A stretch of DNA of 60,342 nt from Pirellulales bacterium (GCA_044237545.1 JBIIFB010000001.1:1-60342); one strand, 5' to 3'. Positions 26,121 through 35,132 are shown, counted from the first letter of the stretch. Notes: generated by a model not told the origin, from the letters alone. Numbers and translations: made by a program.

Positions 26121-28217
26121 ATGCAGGCCCGCTTGACGATGCGTTGTGGCTGGAAGGGCCGGGCGGGCCGCCGTCCGTTCCGGTTGAATCTGATCGCTGT
26201 CCGCGCGGTCTCTGCGATGTGTCTGCTCGTGTTGTGGAATGTGGTCGTGGCCGTTGGCCCGGCCTCCGCGGAGCCGGCGGCCGCCGAGGCCTCTGGTAAG
26301 GAGGCCTCTGACAAAGAGATCTCTGTCAAAGAGATCAAGGAGCTTCTGGATACGGCCCACACGCTCCTCGAGGAAGGCAAGCCCGGGAAGGCGGCGACCC
26401 GTGTGGCGGAGGCGTCCAAGGCAATCGAACAGATTGCCGCGGGCGGAACCACGCCGGCTGGCCTGCGAATCCTCTGGGAACGGTGCCGTTCGCTGCGAAA
26501 CGACCTCGATCTCGAAGGCGTCGACGTGAGCGATATTTCGCAGGCCCCACTCAGGCCGTCGTCAGCGAAACCGGCTGGTAAAAGTGCTGGCATGCCGCCG
26601 GTCGCCTCCCGTTCCACTGCAGCCGCCAACCCCGCTGCCAAGCCCCCTGCCACCACCAAGCCGGCCGCGGCTGCCAAGCCCGCGCTGACATTCACCGCGA
26701 GTGTGGCTCCGATCCTTTCCCGGCACTGCGGCGGCTGTCATATCGCCGGCCGCAAGGGGGGCTTTCAGATGGTCTCCCATGCAGGGCTGATGAAGACGGG
26801 CATGGTACAGCCGGGCATGGGGGAGGCCAGCAGGCTGGTGGAGGTGATTCTCAGCGGCGACATGCCGCGGGGAGGCGGTAAGGTGTCGCCGGAGGACCTG
26901 GGCGTGTTGATGAAGTGGATCGACGCCGGGGCCCCCTTCGACGGTCCCGATCCCACGGCCCCGATCGATGTGATGGCGAGGCAGGCCGCGGCTGGCCCCG
27001 CCCCGGTTCCCCCCAGGTCGATCGTGGCCGTGAAGCTCAAGCCGGGCGAGGTGTCGTTCGCTGCGGACATCGCCCCCATCCTCCTTGAACAGTGCGCGGG
27101 CTGCCACGACGCCGTCCAGCCGGAGGGAAACCTGAGCATGGTCACGCTCGAGCGGCTGCTGCGTGGCGGCCGCGGCGGCGCGGCGATCGTGCCGGGCCAA
27201 GGCATCGACAGCCTGCTGGTGAAGAAAATCAAAGGATCGGGGATCGAAGGACAACGCATGCCGCTGGGCAAGCAGCCGCTGTCGGCTGAAGTGATCGCGA
27301 CGATCCAGAAATGGATCGATCAGGGGTCCAAGCTCGATTTGCTTACGCCGAAAACCGACCTCGAAACCGTTGCCGCGGCCGGACGGTCCCAACAGCTTTC
27401 GCATGACGACCTCAGGAAGGTGCGCTTTCAGGCCGGCCGCGGACTCTGGGCCCGGGCGATTCCGGACGATACGCCGGTCTTTTCCGAGCAGGGTGACATG
27501 CTGGTGGTCAGCAACCTGTCGGCCACGCGGATGGTCGAACTGACCGAGACGGCCAAGGCCGTGGAGCGTCGCCTGCAGGAGCAGATGCTGGGCGAGAAAG
27601 CGGCCGCACATAAAACGCCGCTCGTCAAAGGCGGCATCGTCGTCTACGGCTTCGCCAAGAGCTACGACCTGTCGAGCTTCTGGCAGACGGTGTTTTCAGA
27701 CGATCGTCCCAAGGCTGTGACGGCGGGGGCCGGGGCGTCGGGCGATGTCGTCTTTGCGGCGGTTGTACCGGCGGCAGCAGACACGCCCGAAGCCGCCACC
27801 GATGCACGGGCTATTCTCACCGAGCAGATGGCGGCGGCCACCCTGCTTGGCCGCGGCGTGCCAGCCTGGTTTGCCAGGGGCGCGGGCCGGGCCTTGGCGA
27901 TGAAAGCCGAACCCAAGTCGTCGCTCGTGCAGACCTGGCGGCGTGAACTGCCGGCAGCGCTGCACAACTGTGGCTCACCGGCTGATTTTTTCGCCGGGCA
28001 CGACGATCCCGTGGCGGCAGCCGTGGTGGGGGGCGGGTTTGTCAGCGTGATCATGCCCAATGCCAGCCGGCTGGAAATCCTCGTGCAGCATCTCGACGAG
28101 GGAATGCCATTCGATCAGGCGTTTGCGACCGTGTTTCGGAGCCCGCCCCAGACCCTCTTTGAGTCGTGGGTTGCCCAGGCTGCACGTCCCGCGGCTGGAA
28201 AAAGCCCGCGGCGATAA
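26121..28217 (+). CDS. Secreted protein with two planctomycete cytochrome c (PSCyt1) domains
   Basis: ATG lies 1 nt after the upstream stop. There are two heme-binding CxxCH contexts (ILSRHCGGCHIAGRKGG and ILLEQCAGCHDAVQPEGN) and a signal peptide. Confidence 0.85.
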   Translation: MQARLTMRCGWKGRAGRRPFRLNLIAVRAVSAMCLLVLWNVVVAVGPASAEPAAAEASGKEASDKEISVKEIKELLDTAHTLLEEGKPGKAATRVAEASKAIEQIAAGGTTPAGLRILWERCRSLRNDLDLEGVDVSDISQAPLRPSSAKPAGKSAGMPPVASRSTAAANPAAKPPATTKPAAAAKPALTFTASVAPILSRHCGGCHIAGRKGGFQMVSHAGLMKTGMVQPGMGEASRLVEVILSGDMPRGGGKVSPEDLGVLMKWIDAGAPFDGPDPTAPIDVMARQAAAGPAPVPPRSIVAVKLKPGEVSFAADIAPILLEQCAGCHDAVQPEGNLSMVTLERLLRGGRGGAAIVPGQGIDSLLVKKIKGSGIEGQRMPLGKQPLSAEVIATIQKWIDQGSKLDLLTPKTDLETVAAAGRSQQLSHDDLRKVRFQAGRGLWARAIPDDTPVFSEQGDMLVVSNLSATRMVELTETAKAVERRLQEQMLGEKAAAHKTPLVKGGIVVYGFAKSYDLSSFWQTVFSDDRPKAVTAGAGASGDVVFAAVVPAAADTPEAATDARAILTEQMAAATLLGRGVPAWFARGAGRALAMKAEPKSSLVQTWRRELPAALHNCGSPADFFAGHDDPVAAAVVGGGFVSVIMPNASRLEILVQHLDEGMPFDQAFATVFRSPPQTLFESWVAQAARPAAGKSPRR

Positions 28218-28465
28218 GTTTTCCACCGCAATGCCGTGGCGCCGTGTGATGCGGAGAGCTCGTTTTAAAAAACAGACGGGGGTGCCTTGGATTCCGGGGC
28301 ATGTGATCCGAGCGGTTTTCCCGTGGGGGGTCAGTTTCCCGACCGACCAGGGAGCCTTCGGCTATACACGCGACCAGAGCCATAAATCGGCCCCCAACGA
28401 GCCTCGTTAAGAGCTCACCGACATGGATCGACGCATCACGAACATGACAGAAAACTTATCGCCGC
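28208..28465. repeat. Perfect 16-bp inverted repeat bracketing a 226-bp lower-GC non-coding segment
   Basis: GCGGCGATAAGTTTTC (28208-28223) is the exact reverse complement of GAAAACTTATCGCCGC (28450-28465). The left arm contains the TAA stop of the upstream gene. Confidence 0.9.
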
Positions 28466-28525
28466 AGACTCTTCTCTCAGTATACCGCTCTCTCGACAGT
28501 TGGGCTGCCGGTTTGGGCTAAGAGA

Positions 28526-29731
28526 TCACTCCTGTTGATCGCGTCCTGCCGGGCCCATCGACTTGGTGTTGCGTTCCACCGCCATCACGACCGTCTGCCG
28601 CGATGCTCCATCAGCCGTACTGGCGACGATCGGCAGCACCTGCCTCCGATTCGGCATCTCCACCCGGACGCGGAACGTGCCGTCAGCATGCACCTTGACC
28701 GGTTCACCCTGCAAGGTGACGTAGGCTCCCGCCTGTGTCACGCCGTACACCACCATCTCGGCATCGACGTCGAGTTGGAAGGGAGCGACCCCCTCCTCGG
28801 CGTCTTCATCATCCACGCCGCTGCTCCGCGCCGCCGGCGGACCCATCGGCCGCCGCAGCCTCTCCTCGAAGAGTTCCTGCAGCTCTGTGCTCGAGTGCTC
28901 GGCCGAAAAGCCACCGCTCATGGCGTAGATTCGCTCGCAATCGTCGACGATCTCACCCCAATGTGCGTCCAGCGTGTCGCCTTGCGTGGTGGTCGGCATC
29001 GTGACGGCATTGCTCCGCACCAGAGCATGAAACCGTCCCGACACGGCCAGGTAGCCGATCTCGCAGCGGTAGCGGTGCGGCTCCCGGATATCGATGAACC
29101 AGTTCTTGACGCCGCCATGCACGGCGATCTCACGGACCACGCGCTCGGACGGGGAGGCATTGAGCCCGCTCTCCAGTTCGAGCAGCCGCAGAGTCGGCCG
29201 GGCACCATGCCACTCCTGCCCCAGAGCCGCCTGTGCACGGGCGATGCTGCGGGCGGTGAGTTCCCAGAACACGTGGAGCCAGTGAGGGCCGCGAACCATC
29301 AGCACCATGCGATCCCTGACGGGACGAGGCGAGCGGCCGCCTTCGGGGGGCGTGGTGAGATTCTTGGCCTTCAGCAGGCGTTGACGGGCCTGCTCGAGCC
29401 GCAGGGCGACGGCGGCATCCTGCGGAGCCACTGCCCGGGGCACTCCTGCCACGTTCAGCGTGGCCAGGCTGCCGCGGGCGGACTGGCCCCCGTGGGCCGA
29501 TTGGCTGCCGAGCACCGCCTTGGCGACCAATTGCCCATCACGGACGCCCTGCCGCATGGGAACCGCGACACTTCTGGCCGCAGCGGCGACCGGGGGCCGC
29601 GCTCGAGCCTTCCGAACCAGGGCGCGGATGAGTTGGTCCTTCCGCATGGCATGCCAGCCTGCAACGCCATGTTGCTTGGCGAGGCGGGCGAGATCGCGGA
29701 CAGGCTTTTCCTTCAGGCTGGCTGACGTCAT
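28526..29731 (-). CDS. Rho_N domain / DUF4912 domain-containing protein
   Basis: The N-terminal KPVRDLARLAKQHGVAGWHAMRKDQLIRALV resembles the Rho termination factor N-terminal domain. HWLHVFWELT... resembles DUF4912. The start is at MTSASL (29731). Confidence 0.82.
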   Translation of the reverse strand: MTSASLKEKPVRDLARLAKQHGVAGWHAMRKDQLIRALVRKARARPPVAAAARSVAVPMRQGVRDGQLVAKAVLGSQSAHGGQSARGSLATLNVAGVPRAVAPQDAAVALRLEQARQRLLKAKNLTTPPEGGRSPRPVRDRMVLMVRGPHWLHVFWELTARSIARAQAALGQEWHGARPTLRLLELESGLNASPSERVVREIAVHGGVKNWFIDIREPHRYRCEIGYLAVSGRFHALVRSNAVTMPTTTQGDTLDAHWGEIVDDCERIYAMSGGFSAEHSSTELQELFEERLRRPMGPPAARSSGVDDEDAEEGVAPFQLDVDAEMVVYGVTQAGAYVTLQGEPVKVHADGTFRVRVEMPNRRQVLPIVASTADGASRQTVVMAVERNTKSMGPAGRDQQE

Positions 29732-29835
29732 CCGATGGTGCTTCCCGGTGGGATCGCAGTCGGAAGCGGCCTCCGCCGGAGCCCTGGCATTCCAACTGCC
29801 TGGTTCAACGGTACCGGGAACCGCCGCAGAACGCA

Positions 29836-29864
29836 AACAAAAACCCCCTCAAAGGGGTGGGGTA
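29836..29864 (-). terminator. Second, weaker intrinsic-terminator-like hairpin
   Basis: Minus strand reads CCCC-TTTGA-GGGG(G) followed by TTTTTGTTT. Confidence 0.4.
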
Positions 29865-29869
29865 TGCCG

Positions 29870-29892
29870 AAAAAGCCCTGTAAGAAAGGGCT
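29870..29892 (-). terminator. Intrinsic terminator after the alpha-CTD/TPR gene
   Basis: Minus strand reads AGCCCT-TTCTTAC-AGGGCT followed by TTTTT. Confidence 0.6.
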
Positions 29893-29963
29893 CGAAAACC
29901 TGATTCAGAGGACACCCTGATTCAGAAAACACGAGCAGTCTGCAGGCAGCCCCTGGGGGGCCA

Positions 29964-31316
29964 TCAGTCTCCGCGGAGCTTCAGGCCCCGCTCGGACAGC
30001 TTTTCCCGAACCTCATTCAGGCTCGTCACGCCAAAGTTCTTGCACTCCATCAGATCCTCGGCCGTTCGGCGGACGAGTTCGGAGATGGCATGAATGCCCA
30101 ATTTCGTGGTGCATTTCCGGGCTCGAACGGAGAGATTGAGTTCGGTGATCGGTTGTGAGAGCAGTTCCTGCTCGTCGGCAGAAGGCTCGGCCAACTCGGG
30201 CTCAGGCTCCTCGACCGGGGCTGGGGCGGCGAACTGTCCGAGGGAAAGCCCCTTGGAGGCGAGCATGTCCTTGATTTCCACCAGACTCGTCTCGCCGAAA
30301 TTCTTGCTCGCCAGAATCTCCGCCTCGCTGGTTTTCGCCAGGTCGCCTAGCGTGTTGATGCCCATCTTTTGCAGGCAGTTCCGGCTTCGCACGGAGAGCT
30401 CAAAATCGCTGACCGGCAGGTTCATGACCAGCTCGATTCGGTCACGCTGCTTCTGCTCCTGCTCCTCTGTCCGGAGGTCGCCCGCCGCGGAAGAATCCTT
30501 CATAAAAAGGCGGGCCCGCGGGTGATCCGGAATCGCCTCCAGAATCCGTCGGTAGCACTGCTGCGCCTTGGCGAAGTCGTTGCGATCCTCGTGCATGATG
30601 CCAAGATTGAGCAACGCTCCCAATGAGGCCGGATACCGTTCGAGCGAACGCTCGTAGCAGGCCCGCGCCTCGTCGTCGTTGCCGGCCCTGTCGTTGAGCA
30701 CGCCGAGCGCAAACAGGGCGTGTGAATGGCCGGGGTCGAGGGCGATCGCCTTTTCAAACGCCTCGGCGACTTCGTTCGCTGGGAAACCACGGTCGGCGAG
30801 GATTGCCCCCTTGACCGCCCAGTAGTCGGCCGACAGTGTTGCAGCCTCGCCATCCTTGCCCGCTGCCATCTCTTCGAGGGCTTTCGTGGCCTGGTCGTGA
30901 TGGCCGGCCGCCCGGAGGGCATCGGCCGCAGCCACGCCGCAGGCAATGGCGTCGTAGCCTGATTTTTTCGCGGCTTCAAAGGCCTCTCGGGCCTTGTCAA
31001 ACGCCTCGAGGGCAACGTGAGCGAGGCCTTGGTGATAGAGGGCCAGAGCTCCGCCGTCAGCCGACCGCAGCGTGTCGAGCGCGTCGCGGTAGCGGCCGAG
31101 CAAGTGCTGGCACACCCCCAGCCTGGCAGACGAAGCCGGGCTGCGATCGCTCATCTGCTCCAGTTCGCGAACCGCGCCGCGGACATCCCGGTGGGCCGAG
31201 GCATCACCCCCCAGGGCCTGGGTCAGCCCACGGATTTCGGCCGGACCGAAGGGGCCCGTACCGGTAATGAGTTCACGAATATCGAGGCCGTGAGCAATCT
31301 TTGCGGGGGCGACCAT
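29964..31316 (-). CDS. TPR-repeat protein with two RNA polymerase alpha-subunit C-terminal (alpha-CTD) domains
   Basis: Two copies resemble E. coli alpha-CTD (LELTVRSANCL...NLGKKSLTEIK). They are ELSVRSRNCLQKMGINTLGDLAK..KNFGETSLVEIKDML and NLSVRARKCTTKLGIHAISELVR..KNFGVTSLNEVREKL. The start at MVAPAK (31316) avoids overlap with the tRNA. Confidence 0.88.
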   Translation of the reverse strand: MVAPAKIAHGLDIRELITGTGPFGPAEIRGLTQALGGDASAHRDVRGAVRELEQMSDRSPASSARLGVCQHLLGRYRDALDTLRSADGGALALYHQGLAHVALEAFDKAREAFEAAKKSGYDAIACGVAAADALRAAGHHDQATKALEEMAAGKDGEAATLSADYWAVKGAILADRGFPANEVAEAFEKAIALDPGHSHALFALGVLNDRAGNDDEARACYERSLERYPASLGALLNLGIMHEDRNDFAKAQQCYRRILEAIPDHPRARLFMKDSSAAGDLRTEEQEQKQRDRIELVMNLPVSDFELSVRSRNCLQKMGINTLGDLAKTSEAEILASKNFGETSLVEIKDMLASKGLSLGQFAAPAPVEEPEPELAEPSADEQELLSQPITELNLSVRARKCTTKLGIHAISELVRRTAEDLMECKNFGVTSLNEVREKLSERGLKLRGD

Positions 31317-31358
31317 GAAAGGCCCTTTGTCAAAAGGAGGCAGAAGACGGCAACTGAG

Positions 31359-31432
31359 AGCCAGCGGTGGGAATCGAACCCACAACCCCCGCATTACGAA
31401 TGCGGTGCTCTGCCAATTGAAGCTACGCTGGC
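31359..31432 (-). tRNA. tRNA-Thr (anticodon CGU)
   Basis: The 74-nt cloverleaf folds by hand: acceptor GCCAGCG/CGCTGGC, D arm GCTT..GAGC, anticodon stem CCGCA/TGCGG with loop TTCGTAA, T arm GTGGG-TTCGATT-CCCAC, discriminator T. CCA is not encoded. Confidence 0.93.
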
Positions 31433-31490
31433 CCGACGGGACGGGAAACACGCTCGAGAAGGGCGGATTTCCAGTCTTCCGGAATCCCGC

Positions 31491-31520
31491 ACAGTAGCGC
31501 ACCGAACCGACAATAGTCAA
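31491..31520 (-). promoter_or_regulatory. Possible sigma70-like promoter for tRNA-Thr
   Basis: Minus strand reads TTGACT, 18 nt, TACTGT, about 55-85 nt upstream of the tRNA 5' end. This is a motif match only. Confidence 0.25.
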
Positions 31521-31572
31521 GAGTCAACGGGTGAAAAGCCCCTAGAAGAGAAAAGGGAACAGAAAAGGGAAC

Positions 31573-31672
31573 AAAAAAAGTGGGGCCTCTGACCCGACAG
31601 GAGCACCCTGTCTTGGTCGCACGGGTCAGGGGCTTGAGACCGTGTGACCGGGGATGGTCGGAGGCCCCACTT
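31573..31672 (-). terminator. Branched structure closed by a 12-bp helix and followed by a U-tract (atypical terminator or structured RNA)
   Basis: aagtggggcctc (31578-31589) is the reverse complement of gaggccccactt (31661-31672). Nested helices are tgacccg/cgggtca, acagg/cctgt and gacc/ggtc. On the minus strand the closing helix runs into T7 (31573-31579). Confidence 0.4.
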
Positions 31673-31681
31673 CGATAGTGC

Positions 31682-31941
31682 GGTGGGGGCGGGGACTCGA
31701 ATCCCCGGCGGAGACCCAGATATGCAACTCGCATGCCAAAACATCCTGTCCGGACTGGTGGCCCCACAAACGGCCGGCAGATTCGAGCCAGTCCCGTCAG
31801 AGAAGCGGCCTGGACGGCGGCTTGGGCGGTGGAAAATGAAGTGTGCGGTGGTGTGGCCGGGCCCTGTCGAGCGGGGCGGATTGCGGCGCGCGTTGCGAAT
31901 TGCAACGCGTCTGTCGAGCCGCGACAGGGGGTCGCCCCCAC
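31682..31941 (-). ncRNA. Candidate structured RNA with a tRNA-like terminal domain (identity unresolved; tmRNA-like but atypical)
   Basis: On the minus strand, the 5' GUGGGGG (31941-31935) can pair with CCCCCAC (31689-31683). That is directly preceded by the T-arm-like CGGGG-AUUCGAGU-CCCCG (31707-31690). The 5' region contains GGCUCGACAG, similar to the tmRNA GGAUUCGAC box. An 8-bp hairpin CGCGUUGC-AAUUC-GCAACGCG is present. No convincing ORF covers the region. Confidence 0.35.
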
Positions 31942-32041
31942 AATGCCCGGTCCGAAATATATGATCACACGGGTATGATTCGCCGGGCAGGCTCCGCCGA
32001 AACAGGCCGGCCTACCACCAGACCCATGTGAGGGACGCCTC

Positions 32042-32893
32042 GTGAACACCCGACTTCCCGCGATCATCTGCCCCCACCAGTGCGGTCCCGGCTGCCCGAT
32101 GCTGCTCATTGCCGGCCCGTGCGTTATCGACGACGAAGGCCTCTGCATGCGGATTGCCGACATGCTGGCCGGCCTGGCCACCAAACTCCCGATCAACGTT
32201 GTCTTCAAGGCGTCGTTCGACAAGGCAAACCGGACGAGCATGACGTCCTACCGCGGGCTCGGCCTCGACGAGGGACTGGCGGTCCTCGAGCGGGTGCGGG
32301 CCGCGACGGGGCTGCCGATTACCACCGACGTGCACCTACCCGAGCAGGCCACCGCAGCGGGGCAGGTCTGTGATCTGCTCCAGATCCCGGCTTTTCTCTG
32401 CAGGCAGACCGATCTCTTGTTGGCGGCTGCCGCCACCGGCAAGGCAGTCAACGTCAAGAAGGGCCAGTTCGTCGCGCCCACCGACATGAAGCACGTGGTT
32501 GCGAAACTGCTCGCCGGCGGCTGCCGGGACGTGCTGCTCTGCGAACGGGGCACGTTCTTCGGCTACGGCAGGCTGGTCAATGATTTCGGTGGCCTGATCA
32601 CGATGCGGGCCATGGGCGTGCCGGTGATCTTCGACGCCACACATTCCGTGCAACAGCCGGCCAGCCGGGGCGACTCGACCGGAGGTGACCGGGCACTCGT
32701 AGAACCGCTGGCGCGGGCCGCGGCCGCCGTGGGTATTGACGGCCTGTTCCTCGAGACGCACCCTGCCCCGGATCAGAGTCCGAGCGATGGCGCCAACATG
32801 GTGCCGCTGGAGCATCTGAGGGGCGTTGTGGAACGGGTGCTGCTCATCCACGAGGCCCGGTTGCAGGGGCTCTCAGGCATGGAGGCGACGTGA
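32042..32893 (+). CDS. kdsA: 3-deoxy-8-phosphooctulonate (KDO8P) synthase
   Basis: [11 protein letters not shown]...[27 protein letters not shown]...ITTDVH...[14 protein letters not shown]...FDATHSVQ align well with E. coli KdsA from memory. The start is GTG 32042. Confidence 0.93.
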   Translation: MNTRLPAIICPHQCGPGCPMLLIAGPCVIDDEGLCMRIADMLAGLATKLPINVVFKASFDKANRTSMTSYRGLGLDEGLAVLERVRAATGLPITTDVHLPEQATAAGQVCDLLQIPAFLCRQTDLLLAAAATGKAVNVKKGQFVAPTDMKHVVAKLLAGGCRDVLLCERGTFFGYGRLVNDFGGLITMRAMGVPVIFDATHSVQQPASRGDSTGGDRALVEPLARAAAAVGIDGLFLETHPAPDQSPSDGANMVPLEHLRGVVERVLLIHEARLQGLSGMEAT

Positions 32894-34719
32894 TGGTCTT
32901 CTGGATGGGGGGCATGGAAGCGAGTCGGCCGACGGGGTCGCGCCCCGGCCGTCGGCCACCACTCTGGAAGAGTCTCATGGCCGGCTGGAGCAGTCTCGGC
33001 TGCGCGGCGGCGGTGCTGGTCGGCTGCGGGCGGGCCGTCCCGCCCGAACTGCCTCCGCAGGCAGAGCCCGGGCAGGAAGTGCGGGTGATGCCGGCTGTGT
33101 CGGATGACGTTCGGGAAAAGCTGCTCGATGGCGCCGTGGCGGTGCTCGACCGGCTGGACGACTACGACGAGGCGTCGGCCTTTGCGCAGGTTTTCGACCG
33201 GCTCAACCAGTGGAGCCATGCGGCCGTGATTGCCGGGGTGACCTCCGCGGCCCCGTGGCAGCTCGATCCGCTGTTTTCCACCCTGCCCGCCCGTCTGCGG
33301 GCCGGTGTCACGCCTGAGTCTTTGGGCAGTGCTGTGTTCGATGCGACGCAGGACATCACGGCGCTGCGGGATCAACGGTGGCTGGCCGACATCGCCGCCA
33401 GTGCCACCGGCGACGCCGTCGAGGATCTCGACATCGCCGTCAATCTCTTCCGGTGGACAGTCCGATCGCTGGCACTTGTCAGCGATCCGCCGATGGTGGC
33501 AACGGAAGGCACGACGGCCGCCCGCTGGTTTCTGCCTGGCGAGATTCTGCTCTCAGGCCGGGCCAGCCCGGCGCAGCGGGCCTGGATCTTTCTCGAATTG
33601 CTACGGCATGCCGGACTCGACGGCGTGATGCTCGCGACCGGTGATCCTGACCGGGGAGGTGTTCGCGCCTGGGTTCCGGCGGTCATCGCCGAGGGAGAGG
33701 CATGGCTCTTCGAGCCGACCTATGGCATGCCGATCGCGGGGCCGGATGGAGTCGGCGTCGCCACGGCCCGGCAGGCGGCCGCCGACCCCGCCATCCTCAA
33801 GCGGCTTTCGTTTCCCGACCGCGGCTATCCGGTGCAATCGGGTGACATTGCCGGGCTCTCGGTGCTCGTGGCGGCTGATCCGTGGAATCTCTCGCGGCGG
33901 ATGCGGGTCGTCGATGAACAACTCGTGGGCTCTCGGGGCATGAAACTCGCCGTCGATGCCCAGGCGCTCGGAGCCCGTGCCCGTCGGGCCCTGACCGCGG
34001 CCGAGGCGAAGGACGGCCAGCCAAATGAGCAACCGGCGGGCGAGCCGCGAGTCGGGCTCTGGGAGTTTCCCTGGGAGGTTCTGGCACAGCGACAGGGCAA
34101 CGGGGCTCGCGTGCAGGCGGCTGTCGGCAGGGAACTCGCAGGGATGTCGGTGACTGTGGCGCAGCCGACGGGTGGCGATGCCGTAGGTGGGCGGCGGGGC
34201 ACGCGGCTCGTGCGGCCGCTCTATGCGGCCCGGCTGCGGGAATTCCGCGGCGACCTCGATGGCCCCGAGGGGGCGAAGGTGAGCTACCTGGCGGCCAGGC
34301 CGGGAAAGCAGGCGATCGCCGCCGCCCTCCAGGGAGCACCCCCCGCGCAGGCCGAGGCCGGAAAGCGGCTTTTCGAACAGATGAAAGAGGATGCGACCTA
34401 TTGGCTGGGCGTGGTCACCCTCGCCGAGGGTGAAAACGCCACCGCAGTCGATTATCTCGGTCGGATGACGCTGGAGGCGGCTCCCGACAGCCGTTGGACC
34501 GACGCAGCAAGGGTCAATCTTGCCCGGGCGCTGGTTGGCTTGGGCCGCACGGCGGAGGCCGTCAAACTGCTGCGGGAGGATGCCTCTCCGCAACGGTTTG
34601 GCAGCCGACTTCTCGCAGACGAATTGGAAAAAGCGGAGCGGGGCTCGGAAAAAGGGGAGCCGGACTTGGAAAAAGGGGAGCGGGACGAGGGGGCACTCCG
34701 GGCCACGCCAGCGGGGTGA
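32893..34719 (+). CDS. Hypothetical lipoprotein with a TPR-like C-terminal region
   Basis: ATG overlaps the kdsA stop (TGATG). A lipobox-like AAAVLVGC is present. The start is uncertain (32890, 32893 or 32977). Confidence 0.72.
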   Translation: MVFWMGGMEASRPTGSRPGRRPPLWKSLMAGWSSLGCAAAVLVGCGRAVPPELPPQAEPGQEVRVMPAVSDDVREKLLDGAVAVLDRLDDYDEASAFAQVFDRLNQWSHAAVIAGVTSAAPWQLDPLFSTLPARLRAGVTPESLGSAVFDATQDITALRDQRWLADIAASATGDAVEDLDIAVNLFRWTVRSLALVSDPPMVATEGTTAARWFLPGEILLSGRASPAQRAWIFLELLRHAGLDGVMLATGDPDRGGVRAWVPAVIAEGEAWLFEPTYGMPIAGPDGVGVATARQAAADPAILKRLSFPDRGYPVQSGDIAGLSVLVAADPWNLSRRMRVVDEQLVGSRGMKLAVDAQALGARARRALTAAEAKDGQPNEQPAGEPRVGLWEFPWEVLAQRQGNGARVQAAVGRELAGMSVTVAQPTGGDAVGGRRGTRLVRPLYAARLREFRGDLDGPEGAKVSYLAARPGKQAIAAALQGAPPAQAEAGKRLFEQMKEDATYWLGVVTLAEGENATAVDYLGRMTLEAAPDSRWTDAARVNLARALVGLGRTAEAVKLLREDASPQRFGSRLLADELEKAERGSEKGEPDLEKGERDEGALRATPAG

Positions 34720-34871
34720 AGGCTGCTTTTCTGCGGTCTCCGCTTCCCGCGTTGCCTGCCGGAAGCGAAGCGGGTATTCTTGGTCGTTTCCCCGGATGGT
34801 GGCGAGAAGTTGTTATCAGTCCGAAGTTTTGTTGAGCCAGCGTTACGCCAGCGTTATCAAGAGAGATCATC

Positions 34872-35132
34872 ATGAAAGAGGGCATTCACCCGAAGTATCT
34901 CGACACCGTTGTCCGTTGTGGATGTGGGAACACGTTCATGACGCACAGCACCGTTCCTGAGATCAAGGTCGACATCTGCAACGTCTGCCACCCCTTCTTC
35001 ACGGGCAAGCTGAAGTTTGTCGACACCGCAGGGCGGATCGAGAAGTTCAAGTCGAAGTTTGCCACGGCGGGCTATGCCAGCCTGAAGAAGCCCAAGAAGC
35101 CGGTCGCTGCGGCCGACGCGCCAGCGTCCTGA
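34872..35132 (+). CDS. rpmE: 50S ribosomal protein L31
   Basis: MKEGIHPKY...CGCGN...CHPFFTGK...DTAGRIEKF is the canonical L31 sequence. Confidence 0.95.
   Translation: MKEGIHPKYLDTVVRCGCGNTFMTHSTVPEIKVDICNVCHPFFTGKLKFVDTAGRIEKFKSKFATAGYASLKKPKKPVAAADAPAS

Noticed and set aside
31573-31672. tRNA-Sec or another long-arm tRNA, suggested by the 10-12 bp closing helix and ~90-nt size
   Set aside because: On either strand there is no 7-nt anticodon loop with UCA or any properly placed anticodon stem, and no T-loop consensus.
31682-31941. Calling this locus ssrA (tmRNA) outright
   Set aside because: The third acceptor pair is G:C rather than the G:U needed for alanylation. The T-loop would be 8 nt. 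No tag reading frame ends in Ala-Ala-stop. The length (~260 nt) is short. It is kept as an unresolved ncRNA candidate.
31423-32241. A 272-aa minus-strand ORF spanning the tRNA-Thr region up to kdsA
   Set aside because: It reads through a tRNA gene and structured non-coding DNA. It has no coding-like composition or recognisable motifs and overlaps the kdsA start on the opposite strand.
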